A DNA stretch of 64,000 nucleotides from an uncultured Flavobacteriaceae bacterium (GCA_943788165.1 CALSPF010000002.1:384909-448908); one strand, 5' to 3'. Shown: positions 26,521-37,802, numbered from the stretch's first letter. Notes: generated from the sequence alone by a model not told the origin. Translations and numbers: made by a program.

Positions 26521-26664
26521 GAATTGAGACACAAGCGAAGCGACTGGCTGAACGCAGTGAGGCAATAAAAAATAAAAAATTAAGAATTAGAAATTATGAA
26601 TTAATTTCATTCTTAATTGAACACTTCCTAATTTTTAATTCCTAATTGAATACTTCCTAATTAA
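26508..26664. repeat. Composite intergenic repeat element (locus C)
   Basis: AATTAAGAAT at 26508-17 and 26578-87, inverted copy at 26609-18. Invariant 31-nt core in reverse orientation at 26536-66. Further CCTAATT modules run up to the polA stop. Confidence 0.8.
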
Positions 26665-29487
26665 CTAATGTGCTTCCAGCCAATTGTCGCCAATACCAAC
26701 ATCAACCACAAAGGGAACTTCTAGCGAAAAGGCATTTTCCATTTCGTGTTTCACCATTTCGGTGAGGGCATCGACTTCTGTTTTGGGAACGTCGAAGACC
26801 AATTCATCGTGAACTTGTAGCAGCATTTTACTGGCCCAAGGTTCGGTTTTCATGCGATGATGGATGTTGATCATCGCAATTTTGATGATGTCGGCAGCGC
26901 TTCCTTGAATGGGGGCATTAACCGCATTGCGCTCTGCAGCTCCGCGCACTATAGCGTTTTGGGAGTTGATGTCCTTGAGGTAGCGTCGGCGACCCAAGAC
27001 AGTCTCGACATAGCCATTTTCTCGGGCAAAGTCCACCTGACTACTCATGTAGGCCTTGAGTTGCGGATAGGTGGCGTAATAGGCCTCGATAAGCTCTTTG
27101 GATTCGCTTCTGCTTAGGTTGGTTTGATGGCTGAGACCAAAGGCTGAAACGCCATAGACAATCCCAAAATTAACCGTCTTGGCGTTGGAGCGCTGCTCAC
27201 GGGTGACCTCCTCAAGGGGCACATCAAAAACCTTGGCGGCGGTGGTTGCATGAATGTCTTCTCCTTTTTGGAAGGCCTCGACCATGGCGGGGTCCTTGCT
27301 CAAAGCGGCAATGATTCGCAGTTCAATCTGGGAGTAATCGGCCGCTAGGAGAACATGGTTTTTATCATGGGGAATAAAGGCTTTTCGGACCTGCTGTCCG
27401 CGTTCGGTTCGCACCGGAATATTCTGTAAGTTGGGCTGGTTGGAACTTAGGCGTCCAGTGGCGGCTACCGCCTGATTGTAAACCGTATGCACTCTGTTTG
27501 TCTTTGGATTGATCTCCTCTGGGAGGGCAGTCACATAGGTGCTTTGTAGTTTATTGAGGGAGCGCCAGTTCTGGATGTCCTCCACAATTTGGTGGTCCTT
27601 GGCCAAGTAGCTAAGCACATCTTCAGCGGTAGAATACTGTCCTGTTTTGGTTTTCTTGGGCTTGTCGACCAGCTTTAGTTTTTCAAATAAAATGGGGCCT
27701 AATTGTTTGGGTGACGCTAGGTTGAATTCTTCCCCCGCCTGTTCAAAAATGTTTTTCTCTAGGCGGCTAATATCGGTGGCTAATTCCCCTTTAAAATTTT
27801 TGAGGAAGGCCGTATCGAGGTTAATACCTTCTTGCTCCATGGCCGAGAGTACCTCGACCAGGGGGAGTTCTACCTCCTGAAAGAGTTTTCCGTTTTCTGC
27901 TGCGGTCAATTCCTGATCAAAATAGTGTTTAAGTTGAAGGGTAATGTCAGCGTCTTCAACAGCATATTCGGTTTGAAGATCGAGGGGGACATCGCGCATG
28001 GAGCCTTGGTTTTTTCCTTTCTTTCCAATGAGTTCCGTAATTGACTGTGGCTCGTAGTTCAGGTAAGAACTGGCCAAAATATCCATGCTGTGACTACGGT
28101 CGGGGTTAATGAGGTAATGGGCAATCATGGTATCGTAAAAGGGTCCAACGACCTGTAATTGATAATTCGATAATACTTTGAGATCATACTTTAGGTTGTG
28201 GCCAATTTTTTCAATACTCGGATTATCAAAGAAAGGGCGGAATTGTTCCACCACCGCTTGGGCAGCTTCTTTGTCTTCGGGGACATGGACATAGTAACCC
28301 GTTCCTACTTCCCAGCTAAAGGCAATCCCAACCAGGTCGGCCTCAAGGGCTTTTAGACTGGTGGTCTCGGTATCGAAACAGACAGAGGTTTGCTTTAGGA
28401 GATTATCCAACAAGATGCGCATCCCCATAGGACTGTCTACAAACTGGTAGTGGTGTTTGCTGTTGGCTATATTTTTCTTGATTGTAGGCATGGCCTCGGA
28501 AACATTTCCTGCACCTGCGGCAAATAGATCCATTTGTCCGTCAAAATTCGCTGCAGGTTTTGCTGGACTAGTCCCGGCAACAGCTGCTGCTGGAGCGGCT
28601 TCTTTTCCAAATATTTTTTGGATGTTTTCTTTCATCCGGCGAAACTCAAGGGTGTCAAATACTTCCCCTACTGCGGGGAAATCAGGGTCGGTGAGTTGAT
28701 AGGCATCTGCTTCAAAGTTTACGGGGACATCGAGGAGAATTTTAGCCAATTCTTTGGAGAGCATTCCCAGTTCTTTGTTGGCCTCAATCTTTTCTTTCAT
28801 CTTTCCTTTTAGCTCATGGGTGTTATCTAAAAGTACTTCCATGCTACCGTATTGCTTGAGAAATTTTTTGGCGGTTTTATCGCCCACTCCCGGTAGTCCG
28901 GGGATGTTGTCTACCGCGTCACCCATCATCCCTAAATAGTCGATGACTTGTTCTGGACGCTCAATTTCAAATTTGGCCTGCACCTCAGGGATTCCCCAAA
29001 TTTCGATGCCGTTTCCCATTCGAGCAGGGCGGTACATAAAGATGTTTTCAGAAACTAACTGGGCAAAATCTTTGTCGGGGGTCACCATAAAGGTTTTAAA
29101 GCCTTCTTTTTCGGCTTGTTTGGCGAGGGTTCCAATGATGTCATCGGCTTCAAAACCGGCCATTTCCACCACGGGAATATTCATTTTTTGAAGAATCTCC
29201 TGAATAAAAGGCACCGCAATTTTGATGGCCTCAGGGGTTTCATCACGATTGGCTTTGTATTCCCCAAAAAGCTCGGTCCGCGATACAGACCCTCCCTTGT
29301 CGAAGCAAACCGCCAAATGATCGGGGCGTTCTTTTTTAATGACATCCAAGAGGGAATTCATGAACCCAAAAATGGCGGAGGTATCCATTCCCTTGGAGTT
29401 GATACGCGGGTTTTTGATGAAGGCATAATAGCCACGAAAAATCAAGGCGAATGCATCGAGTAAAAAGAGCCGTTTTTGTGCTGACAT
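26665..29487 (-). CDS. polA: DNA polymerase I
   Basis: 5'-nuclease, 3'-5' exonuclease and polymerase motifs (DYSQIELR, RSNAKTVNFGIVYG, QVHDEL). Start moved to MSAQKRLFLLDA (29487). Confidence 0.96.
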   Translation of the reverse strand: MSAQKRLFLLDAFALIFRGYYAFIKNPRINSKGMDTSAIFGFMNSLLDVIKKERPDHLAVCFDKGGSVSRTELFGEYKANRDETPEAIKIAVPFIQEILQKMNIPVVEMAGFEADDIIGTLAKQAEKEGFKTFMVTPDKDFAQLVSENIFMYRPARMGNGIEIWGIPEVQAKFEIERPEQVIDYLGMMGDAVDNIPGLPGVGDKTAKKFLKQYGSMEVLLDNTHELKGKMKEKIEANKELGMLSKELAKILLDVPVNFEADAYQLTDPDFPAVGEVFDTLEFRRMKENIQKIFGKEAAPAAAVAGTSPAKPAANFDGQMDLFAAGAGNVSEAMPTIKKNIANSKHHYQFVDSPMGMRILLDNLLKQTSVCFDTETTSLKALEADLVGIAFSWEVGTGYYVHVPEDKEAAQAVVEQFRPFFDNPSIEKIGHNLKYDLKVLSNYQLQVVGPFYDTMIAHYLINPDRSHSMDILASSYLNYEPQSITELIGKKGKNQGSMRDVPLDLQTEYAVEDADITLQLKHYFDQELTAAENGKLFQEVELPLVEVLSAMEQEGINLDTAFLKNFKGELATDISRLEKNIFEQAGEEFNLASPKQLGPILFEKLKLVDKPKKTKTGQYSTAEDVLSYLAKDHQIVEDIQNWRSLNKLQSTYVTALPEEINPKTNRVHTVYNQAVAATGRLSSNQPNLQNIPVRTERGQQVRKAFIPHDKNHVLLAADYSQIELRIIAALSKDPAMVEAFQKGEDIHATTAAKVFDVPLEEVTREQRSNAKTVNFGIVYGVSAFGLSHQTNLSRSESKELIEAYYATYPQLKAYMSSQVDFARENGYVETVLGRRRYLKDINSQNAIVRGAAERNAVNAPIQGSAADIIKIAMINIHHRMKTEPWASKMLLQVHDELVFDVPKTEVDALTEMVKHEMENAFSLEVPFVVDVGIGDNWLEAH

Positions 29488-29547
29488 GGAAGGTTGATTT
29501 AAAGCCCTAATATAGGCAATTGTCAATTTTTAATTGGGCATTGGCAA

Positions 29548-29756
29548 ATAAGAATTAAGAGGGCTTCGCTTCGAGACGGTGTCTCTTCGCATGAGACTGC
29601 TTCGGTCAGAACGGTGTCCCTTCCATGAGACTGCTTCGCTACGAGACCTTGTCTCTTCGCTCGCAGTGACGGCGGTTGTCCACTCCGAGCGCAGGTTAGG
29701 AGTCCCTCACCATTGCCTATTCCCTTCTTTTCATTTCCCATTCCCCATTCTTAATT
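29548..29756. repeat. Intergenic repeat element with three tandem ~35-nt units (locus D)
   Basis: Units at 29564-99, 29600-33 and 29634-70. GAGAC-N3-GTCTC hairpins at 29573-85 and 29643-55. Identical 15-mer CATGAGACTGCTTCG at 29590-604 and 29624-38. Flanked by AATTAAGA (29553-60) and TCTTAATT (29749-56). Confidence 0.75.
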
Positions 29757-29760
29757 ATCT

Positions 29761-29768
29761 TACCTTTG
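29761..29768 (+). promoter_or_regulatory. -7 box (TAccTTTG) only 4 nt before the dxs ATG
   Basis: Exact TAnnTTTG match at 29761-68; ATG at 29773. This implies a leaderless or near-leaderless mRNA if the box is functional. Confidence 0.3.
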
Positions 29769-29772
29769 CCTC

Positions 29773-31542
29773 ATGACTAAAAAACTTCTGTCTTCGATTT
29801 CTCATCCGCGTGATTTCCGTTCGTTTAACCAAACGCAATTACAGCAATTGGTTGATGAGTTACGGGCAGAAATTATTGAAGTTGTGGCCGAACGTGAAGG
29901 TCACTTGGGTGCAAGCCTTGGTGTGGTTGAATTGACGGTAGCTTTGCATGCTATTTTTGACACGCCCAACGATCATTTGATTTGGGATGTTGGCCACCAG
30001 GCCTATGGGCATAAAATGCTTACGGGGCGTTGGGCAGCCTTTGATAGTCTGCGTCAGTGGGAAGGACTAAGCGGTTTCCCGAGTAGGGGAGAAAGTCCGT
30101 TTGATGCTTTTGGAACAGGACATTCTTCGACCTCTATATCAGCTGCTCTAGGCATGGCCTTAGCTGCAAAACACAATGGGGAAGAACGTCAGCATATTGC
30201 GGTTATTGGCGATGCCTCTATCGCTAGTGGGATGGCTTTTGAGGCCCTTAATCACTTGGGGACTACCCAAGCTAATGTGTTAATTGTTTTGAACGACAAT
30301 GCCATGGGTATTGATCCCAGCGTGGGGGCGCTCAAAGATTCATTTGCGAAAAACACCTCCGAACAAAACAGCCTTTTTGAGTCTTTGAAAATTCCTTATA
30401 CTGGTCCTATTGATGGCCATGATTTAGCAGGATTGTGTGCTGTTTTTAACGAACAAAAAAAGAAGAAGGGCCTACGCTTGGTCCATCTTCGAACCATAAA
30501 AGGCAAAGGCTTGGCCTCTGCCGAAGAAAATCAGATCGTTTTTCATGCGCCTGGAAAATTTGATCCCCAGACGGGAAAACTAACAAAGCAACCCAAAGCG
30601 GGAAAAACCAAGTTTCAAACCGTGGTGGGAAAAACCCTTAGCGCACTTTTTGACGATCATGACCATTTGATGGCCATTAGTCCGGCCATGCCAACTGGAA
30701 GCGGTTTGGTAGAGCTAATGGAGAAATACCCCAAGCGATGTTTGGATGTAGGGATAGCCGAACAGCACGCTGTCACCCTTGCTGCTGGGATGGCCACCCA
30801 AGGTCTATTGCCTTTTTGTGTGATTTATTCTACCTTTTTACAACGGGCTTATGACCAAGTTATTCACGATGTGGTTTTACAGAAATTACCTGTGGTTTTT
30901 TGCATAGATCGTGCTGGTTTGGTCGGTCACGACGGAGCAACACATCACGGTGTTTTTGATCTAGTCTTTTTACAAACCCTTCCAGAGTTGAGCATACTCG
31001 CTCCACGAGACGAGATTCAACTGCGCCAGCAGCTATATACCCTTACCACTTCTCCGCCCAAGGGCCCGGTGGCCATTCGCTACCCAAGAGGCAGTGGTGA
31101 GTTAAGCAACTGGGAAGTCCCTTTTGCCCCCATCGATTATATCAAGGGAACTTGCTTAAGGGAAGGAGAGCATACAGCGGTTATATCTGTGGGGACCATG
31201 GCTGTTGAGGTAACCCAGGCCCTAAACCAGCTGGACCAGTCAATTGCTCATTATGATTTGGGCTGTGTAAAACCCTTGGATGAAAAGTTACTGCATGCCA
31301 TTTGTTCACAATTTAGTTACTTAATTAGTGTTGAAGAGGGAAGTCTCATTGGTGGTGTGGGAAGCACACTGCTGAGTTGGGCAAACAATAATGGCTACCA
31401 TATTAAAATGAAACAGATTGGCATTGCAGACCATTTTGTTTCCCATGGCGCACCAGCGGTGTTGAAGCAACAACTCGGTTTGGATGCAGCTGGAATCGCA
31501 CAAAGCATAACCACATTTTTACGCGAAGAAGCATGCAATTAG
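29773..31542 (+). CDS. dxs: 1-deoxy-D-xylulose-5-phosphate synthase
   Basis: GHLGASLGVVELTVALH, WDVGHQAYGHKMLTGR and the TPP motif GDASIASGMAFEALN. Confidence 0.95.
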   Translation: MTKKLLSSISHPRDFRSFNQTQLQQLVDELRAEIIEVVAEREGHLGASLGVVELTVALHAIFDTPNDHLIWDVGHQAYGHKMLTGRWAAFDSLRQWEGLSGFPSRGESPFDAFGTGHSSTSISAALGMALAAKHNGEERQHIAVIGDASIASGMAFEALNHLGTTQANVLIVLNDNAMGIDPSVGALKDSFAKNTSEQNSLFESLKIPYTGPIDGHDLAGLCAVFNEQKKKKGLRLVHLRTIKGKGLASAEENQIVFHAPGKFDPQTGKLTKQPKAGKTKFQTVVGKTLSALFDDHDHLMAISPAMPTGSGLVELMEKYPKRCLDVGIAEQHAVTLAAGMATQGLLPFCVIYSTFLQRAYDQVIHDVVLQKLPVVFCIDRAGLVGHDGATHHGVFDLVFLQTLPELSILAPRDEIQLRQQLYTLTTSPPKGPVAIRYPRGSGELSNWEVPFAPIDYIKGTCLREGEHTAVISVGTMAVEVTQALNQLDQSIAHYDLGCVKPLDEKLLHAICSQFSYLISVEEGSLIGGVGSTLLSWANNNGYHIKMKQIGIADHFVSHGAPAVLKQQLGLDAAGIAQSITTFLREEACN

Positions 31543-31967
31543 ATGATCAGTATTTTATGCGAAAAGCCCTTGTAGAGGCCGAAGCAGCTTATGCTATGGA
31601 CGAGGTGCCGGTAGGAGCAGTGGTGGTGATTAATCAACAAATTATTGCCCGCGCCCACAATTTAACCGAGCGCTTGCACGATGTTACAGCCCATGCCGAA
31701 ATGCAGGCCATTACCTCAGCCGCTAATTTTTTGGGTGGGAAATACTTGAAAGGCTGTACACTATATGTCAGTCTTGAGCCCTGTGTGATGTGCATGGGCG
31801 CTTTGTACTGGTCTCAATTAGATCGCGTGGTTTTTGGCGCGCATGATCTAAAACGTGGCTATCTGTCCAAGGGCGTTGTACCACATCCAAAAACAACTGT
31901 TTTGGGGGGAGTCATGGAGGCAGAAGCCAGTGCTTTATTGACGCGTTTCTTTCAAAAAAAGAGATAA
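31533..31967 (+). CDS. tadA: tRNA-specific adenosine deaminase
   Basis: HAEMQAI and PCVMCMGAL zinc motifs. Overlaps the dxs end. Confidence 0.9.
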   Translation: MQLDDQYFMRKALVEAEAAYAMDEVPVGAVVVINQQIIARAHNLTERLHDVTAHAEMQAITSAANFLGGKYLKGCTLYVSLEPCVMCMGALYWSQLDRVVFGAHDLKRGYLSKGVVPHPKTTVLGGVMEAEASALLTRFFQKKR

Positions 31968-31997
31968 AAAAAACACGCTCGATGGAGCGCATTTTTC
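31963..31997. terminator. Weak bidirectional terminator candidate (tadA / csp)
   Basis: A8 run, 5-bp stem CGCTC/GAGCG with loop GATG, then CATTTTTC. Confidence 0.35.
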
Positions 31998-32020
31998 AAT
32001 CAAAATAAGTTACTGTACAA

Positions 32021-32212
32021 TTAGAGACGTTGGACTTGTGCTGCCACCTTTCCTTTGATACCCTCTTCTTCTACGTATTCTACTTTGTCACCCTCGTTGA
32101 GATCTTCTCCGTTGAGAGATGTAGCATGAACGAAAATATCTTCGCCCGTTTCGTCATTGGTGATAAATCCATACCCCTTTGAACTGATAAAAAACTTTAC
32201 TGTACCCGTCAT
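32021..32212 (-). CDS. Cold-shock protein (CspA family)
   Basis: MTGTVKFFISSKGYGFITNDETGEDIFVHATS with RNP-1/RNP-2 motifs. Start moved to ATG 32212. Confidence 0.92.
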   Translation of the reverse strand: MTGTVKFFISSKGYGFITNDETGEDIFVHATSLNGEDLNEGDKVEYVEEEGIKGKVAAQVQRL

Positions 32213-32288
32213 TAGAAATGTATTAAAGTAGAAAGTTAAGAAAAAGTTTATTTCATCCACTTGTGAAGGAAAACAAAATCAAGTGGGA

Positions 32289-32543
32289 TTATTGATTGCC
32301 AGTGTTTTGTGACTTTTTATCTTTCATTTTGTTAAAATTATCATCGGTAAGGGTGTAATCTGATAATTTTTTATCCTTCCATCTGTAAACCAGAAAGAGG
32401 GGAAGGTAGATAAAGGTCAGGCCAAGAACAGCGCTTCCAATCCATTTTTCACCAGCGACATAATCGATGGCTGCTTTGTGGTAGAAGCCATAGAAAAGCA
32501 CCCCTACAAAGCCCCAAAACAGCATGTTTAAAAGATAGCGCAC
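32289..32543 (-). CDS. Small membrane protein (hypothetical)
   Basis: Two hydrophobic helices and a basic C-terminal tail. GTG start 1 nt after the aspS stop. Confidence 0.5.
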   Translation of the reverse strand: MRYLLNMLFWGFVGVLFYGFYHKAAIDYVAGEKWIGSAVLGLTFIYLPLFLVYRWKDKKLSDYTLTDDNFNKMKDKKSQNTGNQ

Positions 32544-32544
32544 C

Positions 32545-34302
32545 TTAGTCTTTTTTGGGTTGTAAACGTATGCTTAATTCATCCAATTGCTGTGCATCGA
32601 TGGGCGAAGGAGCGTCGATCATTAAATCGCGTCCGCTATTGTTTTTGGGGAAAGCAATGAAATCTCGAATGGTTTCTTGTCCACCCAAAATAGCAACCAA
32701 CCGATCGAGTCCAAGGGCGATTCCACCGTGAGGAGGCGCGCCATATTGAAAGGCTTCCATCAAGAAACCAAACTGTGCTTTGGTCTCTTCAGGGGTAAAA
32801 CCGAGGAGGTCAAACATTTTTTCTTGTGTTTTGGCATCGTGGATTCGAATGGATCCACCCCCAATTTCATTTCCATTGAGTACCAGGTCATAGGCATTGG
32901 CATTGACTGCACCAGGATCGCTGGCCAAAAGAGCCATTTGCGCTGGCTTTGGTGCGGTGAACGGATGGTGCATGGCATGGTAGCGTTTACTATCCTCGTC
33001 CCATTCCAATAAAGGAAAATCGACCACCCAGAGGGGGGCAAATTCATTGGGATTACGCAAGCCAAGTTGCTCGGCCAATTCCATACGGAGGGCAGATAGT
33101 TGTGTTCGGGTAGTGTTTGTTCCTCCCGCCATGATCAAGATAAGGTCTCCGGGGTTGGCTTTGGTCGCGGTGGCCCATTGGGCAAGGTCTTCTTGTGAAT
33201 AAAATTTATCGACAGAAGATTTAAAGCTTCCATCTTCATTGTATTTTACCCAAATCAAGCCGTTGGCACCAATTTGTGGTCGTTTGACCCAATCGATGAG
33301 TTTGTCAATTTGTTTACGGGTATAGGTGGCTGCTTTTGGTACGGCAATTCCAATAACCAATTCCTGTTGATCGAAGACATTGAAACCTTTGTTTTTTGCC
33401 AAGTCATTGAGTTCAGCGAACTCCATTCCAAAGCGAATATCGGGTTTGTCGTTCCCGTATTTTTGCATGGCTTCGGCATAGGTCATCCGTGGGAATGAAG
33501 CGACATCTACCCCCTTAATTTCTTTGAGCAGGTGGATTAGCAAGCCTTCGAACTGCTGCAATATATCTTCTTGCTCGACAAAGGTCATTTCACAGTCAAT
33601 CTGTGTGAATTCGGGCTGGCGGTCGGCACGCAAATCTTCATCGCGAAAACATTTTACAATTTGGAAATACTTATCCATTCCCCCGACCATAAGCAATTGC
33701 TTAAAGGTTTGTGGCGATTGGGGTAAGGCGTAAAACTGACCAGCATTCATGCGTGAAGGCACGACAAAATCACGGGCGCCTTCTGGGGTAGATTTGATTA
33801 AATATGGTGTTTCTACATCGATAAAATTGTGGGTAGAAAGATAGTTGCGAATGGCCAAACTCACCTTAGAACGAAAGATCAAGTTTTCGCGCACAGGCTT
33901 TCTGCGGATATCGAGGTAGCGGTATTGCATGCGTAATTCTTCCCCTCCATCGGTTTCATTTTCAATGGTAAAAGGCGGTGTTTTGGCGGCATTGAGGACC
34001 ATCAAATCGGTCGCCAGAATTTCAATATCACCGGTTGGAATATTGGGGTTTTTGGATTCGCGTTCAATGACAGTTCCCTGTACTTGAATGACAAATTCTC
34101 TTCCTAAGCTTCGGGCTTTCTCCATGACCTCCTTTGATGTGCGCTCTTCATCAAAAATGATTTGCGTAAGGCCATAGCGGTCGCGTAGATCGACCCAAAG
34201 GACAAAACCTTTGTCTCTGGTTTTTTGTACCCATCCTGCTAGGGTTACTTCTTCTCCGAGTTGCGCAAGGGTCAATGCCCCACAGTTGGTTGTTCTTAAC
34301 AT
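32545..34302 (-). CDS. aspS: Aspartate--tRNA ligase
   Basis: OB-fold N-terminus and class II motifs ([22 protein letters not shown]). Confidence 0.96.
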   Translation of the reverse strand: MLRTTNCGALTLAQLGEEVTLAGWVQKTRDKGFVLWVDLRDRYGLTQIIFDEERTSKEVMEKARSLGREFVIQVQGTVIERESKNPNIPTGDIEILATDLMVLNAAKTPPFTIENETDGGEELRMQYRYLDIRRKPVRENLIFRSKVSLAIRNYLSTHNFIDVETPYLIKSTPEGARDFVVPSRMNAGQFYALPQSPQTFKQLLMVGGMDKYFQIVKCFRDEDLRADRQPEFTQIDCEMTFVEQEDILQQFEGLLIHLLKEIKGVDVASFPRMTYAEAMQKYGNDKPDIRFGMEFAELNDLAKNKGFNVFDQQELVIGIAVPKAATYTRKQIDKLIDWVKRPQIGANGLIWVKYNEDGSFKSSVDKFYSQEDLAQWATATKANPGDLILIMAGGTNTTRTQLSALRMELAEQLGLRNPNEFAPLWVVDFPLLEWDEDSKRYHAMHHPFTAPKPAQMALLASDPGAVNANAYDLVLNGNEIGGGSIRIHDAKTQEKMFDLLGFTPEETKAQFGFLMEAFQYGAPPHGGIALGLDRLVAILGGQETIRDFIAFPKNNSGRDLMIDAPSPIDAQQLDELSIRLQPKKD

Positions 34303-34342
34303 AGAAATTGAATTCTTGGCAAAGGTATTAAGTTCTTTCTTC

Positions 34343-37300
34343 TTATTGGTTTCTCCAGGCGTTTATCCTTAATTTTAATCGGTAGACCAAGTAAAAACAA
34401 GCTGGTACAATAACAAGGGTAAGGAAGGTAGCGAAGGTTAATCCAAAAATAACGGTCCAACACAAGGGTCCCCAAAAGATTACATTGTCTCCTCCCACAT
34501 AGATGTTAGGATCCCAATTGGTGACTAAGGTTAGGAAGTTAATGTTGAGTCCAGTAGCAAGTGGAATTAGGCCTAGAATGGTGGTGATGGCGGTTAAAAG
34601 TACTGGGCGTAAACGCGCTGCACCTCCCAAAACAATGGCTTCACGTGCTTCTAAGCGCGGCAGCATTTGCTCAAAAGGAATGCCCAATTCTTCTTTTTTG
34701 CGCGCAATGAGTAGCTGGGTGTAATCGATTAAAACAACGCCGTTGTTGACCACGATCCCCGAAAGAGAAATGATCCCCATCATGGTCATCATGATAACGA
34801 ATGGCATCCCAAAACCACTGATGCCATAAAGGACACCCGTAAAACTCAAGAAGATGGACAGGAGGATGATTAACGGATTCGAAATAGAGTTGAATTGTAA
34901 AACCAAAAGGAAAAGAATTAATCCAAGGGCAGTTCCAAGCGCACCCAAAAGGAAACTCATGTTTTTCTCTTGCTCTGCAACTTCCCCAGTAAAGGTGTAG
35001 TCCACTCCTCGAGGGAAACCGCTGAAGCCAGTGATGCTTTCTTTCACATGATCGACAACCTCATTGGCATTATAACCGGCCAAAACAGCCGAATAAACCG
35101 TTACGACTCGGCGTAAGTCCTTGTGTTTAATGGCACTGAATGAAGTCGAATTGTCGATGTTAACCATGGCGCTAATCGGCACTTCTTTGATTCTTCCTGT
35201 GGCTTGATCACGGAAGACAATGTATTGGTCAAGTAAGACGCCTGTATCGTTGCGGTCTTCTTTTTCGAAGCGAACGTTGATGTCGTAATCTTCACCGTCT
35301 TTTTTATAAATCCCCGCCTTTTCTCCAAAGAGTGAACGGCGCAGTTGCTGTCCAATTTGCCCTGCGGCAACCCCAAGGCTTCCCGATTTTCTCCGGTCAA
35401 TATTGACTACTAAACCGGGTTTGCTTTTGTTTACGTCGACCTTGATTTCTTCAACGCCAAGAATACTTTCTTTGTTTAAAAAGGTTTTCAGGTCTTCGGC
35501 CACTTGAATTAATTCGTTGTAATCTTCACCACTCACCTCAATATTAACAGGGTAACCTGCTGGGGGTCCTGCAGATTCTTTTTCTACCGAGATGGATATT
35601 CCAGCAAATTTCCCTTTTAGGGCTTGTTGAATTTCTTGGCGTAGGGTTTCACTTGAAAAACCACGACGGAATTTGAATTCTGCCATCGTTAGGGTGATTT
35701 TTGCTTTGTGGGGCATTTCCTGATCTCCACCTTTGTCGGTCTCGGGATTCTGTGCACCCAATCCAACCATGGCCACATTGGAGTCAATCATGAAGTTGGT
35801 GTCTCCGTCGATGTACTTGCTGTTTCCTATAACTTTGGCTACTTCAGCTTCAATTCGCTTAGAAGTTGCATTGGTTTTGTCAATGGATGTTCCCTCAGGA
35901 TATTCGGCATAAACAAAAATTTGTTGTGGCTGATTTTCTGGGAAAAACTCTACTTTGGGCGCAGCTAAGCCCAGTATAATAAAGGAGGAAAACAACAGTC
36001 CAATGGTACAAAATAAGAAAACATAAGGTCTTCTTCCGGTTAGGGCATAGCGCAGTACCTTGGAATAACTTACCTCTAAGCGAACCAAAGAAACATCTTG
36101 AAAGTAGGTCGCCCAGCTTTTGATGAAATATTTATAGGCCCAAAATAAAAGGGTAGTAAGGAGCATTATGGTTCCCAAACCACGCAGGGTTCCCTCGTTG
36201 AAAATCAACAGAGTTCCTAATCCGCCCAAGATAAAGGTCATGCGCCAAAGGCTCTTTTTACTGAGTTCGCGGTCTTCAATTTCCATGAATTTTGAGACCA
36301 GCATGGAGTTGAAGAAAATGGCCACAATCAAAGAAGACCCCAAGACAATGGATAGCGTAATGGGGAAAAAGATCATGAATTCTCCAATGGTGCCCGGCCA
36401 AAAGCCTAGAGGTAAGAAGGCAGCGATGGTGGTTGCCGTTGAGATGATGATGGGATAGGCGATTTCACCTATCCCTTTTTTGGCTGCTTCGATGGAAGAC
36501 ATGCCTTCTTTTTCCATTAAACGATAGGCATTTTCGACCACAACAATTCCGTTATCGACCAACATTCCTAGTCCCATGATGAGGCCAAATAAAACCATGG
36601 TGTTGATGGTTTGTCCCAAAAATCCAAGAATCATAAAGGACATGAACATGGACATGGGGATGGCAAAACCAACAAATAAAGCATTGCGGAAGCCCAAGAA
36701 AAACATCAATACAGTAATGACAAGCAGTACTCCAAAGATGATGTTATTGGCCAAATCACTCACCAAGTTTTTGGTGGCATTGGATTGGTCATTCGAAATG
36801 TCTACTTCAATGGTGGCGGGGAAGTCATTTTTTTCAACATCGGCAACAATGGCTCTTATTTTCTCTACCGTTTGGATGAGATTTTTTCCGCTGCGTTTTT
36901 TGATGTCCAGCACCAGTGCTGTTTTTCCGTCAGAGCGTGCAAAGGAGTTTTTTTCTTTTTCTTTGAAGGAGATTTCGGCAATATCTCCCATGTATACGGT
37001 TCCGTTTTGGTTTTTCAACACAAACTTTTCCAAGTCTTCGGGGCGTTCAATTTCACCAATAACACGGAGGTTTCTGCGAAGACCATTGCCTTCAATGTTT
37101 CCAGCAGAGACGGTGCTGTTCCCTCTTTGAATGGCATTAATGACATCATCAAAAGAAAGGGTAGCGGCATTCATTTTCAAGAGATCCAAGGAAACTTCAA
37201 TTTCAAAGTCTTGCACTCCACGCAGGGCAACTTCCTTGATTTCGGCCATTTGCTCAATCTTGTCTTGCAACAATTCTCCATAGAATTTCATTTCTGCAAT

Positions 37301-37789
37301 GGGAAGATCCCCACTCAGACCAATGTTTAAAATGGGAACTTCTTCCGACAAACTAAACTCGAAGGCGGTGGGTTCCACTTTGGCGTTGTTAAAGGTGGGC
37401 CAGTCGGCACTAGAGGTAACCGCATCGATCTTGTCTTGTACTTTTAGTTTTGCGCTTTCTTTGGAAATGGATTCGTCAAATTCAATGGTGATAAGCGAAA
37501 AGTTCTCCAATGAAGTTGATTCGATGCCAACCAAATTAGGCACTCCTTTGAGTTCTTCTTCCAGCGGATCGGTGATTAAACGCTCAATGTCTTCGGCTGT
37601 GTTCCCTGGATAGATGGAACTGACGAAAATTTCATTCGTATTGATTTCTGGGTAATTTTCACGTGGTAGGGTGAGGTAGGAGGAGAAGCCTAAAATAAAG
37701 AACAGCCCAATGATTACATAGATTACTGTGCTGTGATCGATGGCCCAAGAGGAAAGTGTAAATTCTTTGAGTTGTGATGATTTTTTCAT
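34343..37789 (-). CDS. RND efflux transporter, inner-membrane permease (AcrB/CzcA superfamily)
   Basis: 1148 aa with the 12-TM, two-large-loop architecture typical of RND pumps. Confidence 0.92.
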   Translation of the reverse strand: MKKSSQLKEFTLSSWAIDHSTVIYVIIGLFFILGFSSYLTLPRENYPEINTNEIFVSSIYPGNTAEDIERLITDPLEEELKGVPNLVGIESTSLENFSLITIEFDESISKESAKLKVQDKIDAVTSSADWPTFNNAKVEPTAFEFSLSEEVPILNIGLSGDLPIAEMKFYGELLQDKIEQMAEIKEVALRGVQDFEIEVSLDLLKMNAATLSFDDVINAIQRGNSTVSAGNIEGNGLRRNLRVIGEIERPEDLEKFVLKNQNGTVYMGDIAEISFKEKEKNSFARSDGKTALVLDIKKRSGKNLIQTVEKIRAIVADVEKNDFPATIEVDISNDQSNATKNLVSDLANNIIFGVLLVITVLMFFLGFRNALFVGFAIPMSMFMSFMILGFLGQTINTMVLFGLIMGLGMLVDNGIVVVENAYRLMEKEGMSSIEAAKKGIGEIAYPIIISTATTIAAFLPLGFWPGTIGEFMIFFPITLSIVLGSSLIVAIFFNSMLVSKFMEIEDRELSKKSLWRMTFILGGLGTLLIFNEGTLRGLGTIMLLTTLLFWAYKYFIKSWATYFQDVSLVRLEVSYSKVLRYALTGRRPYVFLFCTIGLLFSSFIILGLAAPKVEFFPENQPQQIFVYAEYPEGTSIDKTNATSKRIEAEVAKVIGNSKYIDGDTNFMIDSNVAMVGLGAQNPETDKGGDQEMPHKAKITLTMAEFKFRRGFSSETLRQEIQQALKGKFAGISISVEKESAGPPAGYPVNIEVSGEDYNELIQVAEDLKTFLNKESILGVEEIKVDVNKSKPGLVVNIDRRKSGSLGVAAGQIGQQLRRSLFGEKAGIYKKDGEDYDINVRFEKEDRNDTGVLLDQYIVFRDQATGRIKEVPISAMVNIDNSTSFSAIKHKDLRRVVTVYSAVLAGYNANEVVDHVKESITGFSGFPRGVDYTFTGEVAEQEKNMSFLLGALGTALGLILFLLVLQFNSISNPLIILLSIFLSFTGVLYGISGFGMPFVIMMTMMGIISLSGIVVNNGVVLIDYTQLLIARKKEELGIPFEQMLPRLEAREAIVLGGAARLRPVLLTAITTILGLIPLATGLNINFLTLVTNWDPNIYVGGDNVIFWGPLCWTVIFGLTFATFLTLVIVPACFYLVYRLKLRINAWRNQ

Positions 37790-37802
37790 GTTTTGGGGCT
37801 GC

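Noticed and set aside
29564-29670. Tandem ~35-nt repeats considered as a CRISPR array
   Set aside because: There are only three units. They are directly contiguous with no spacers and are degenerate. No cas genes or leader are present. They belong to the intergenic repeat family instead.
36576-37330. Two ~180-aa plus-strand ORFs inside the RND pump gene
   Set aside because: They are antisense to an unambiguous 1148-aa RND permease, and their Met/Phe/Ser-rich sequences are typical of reverse-frame artefacts.
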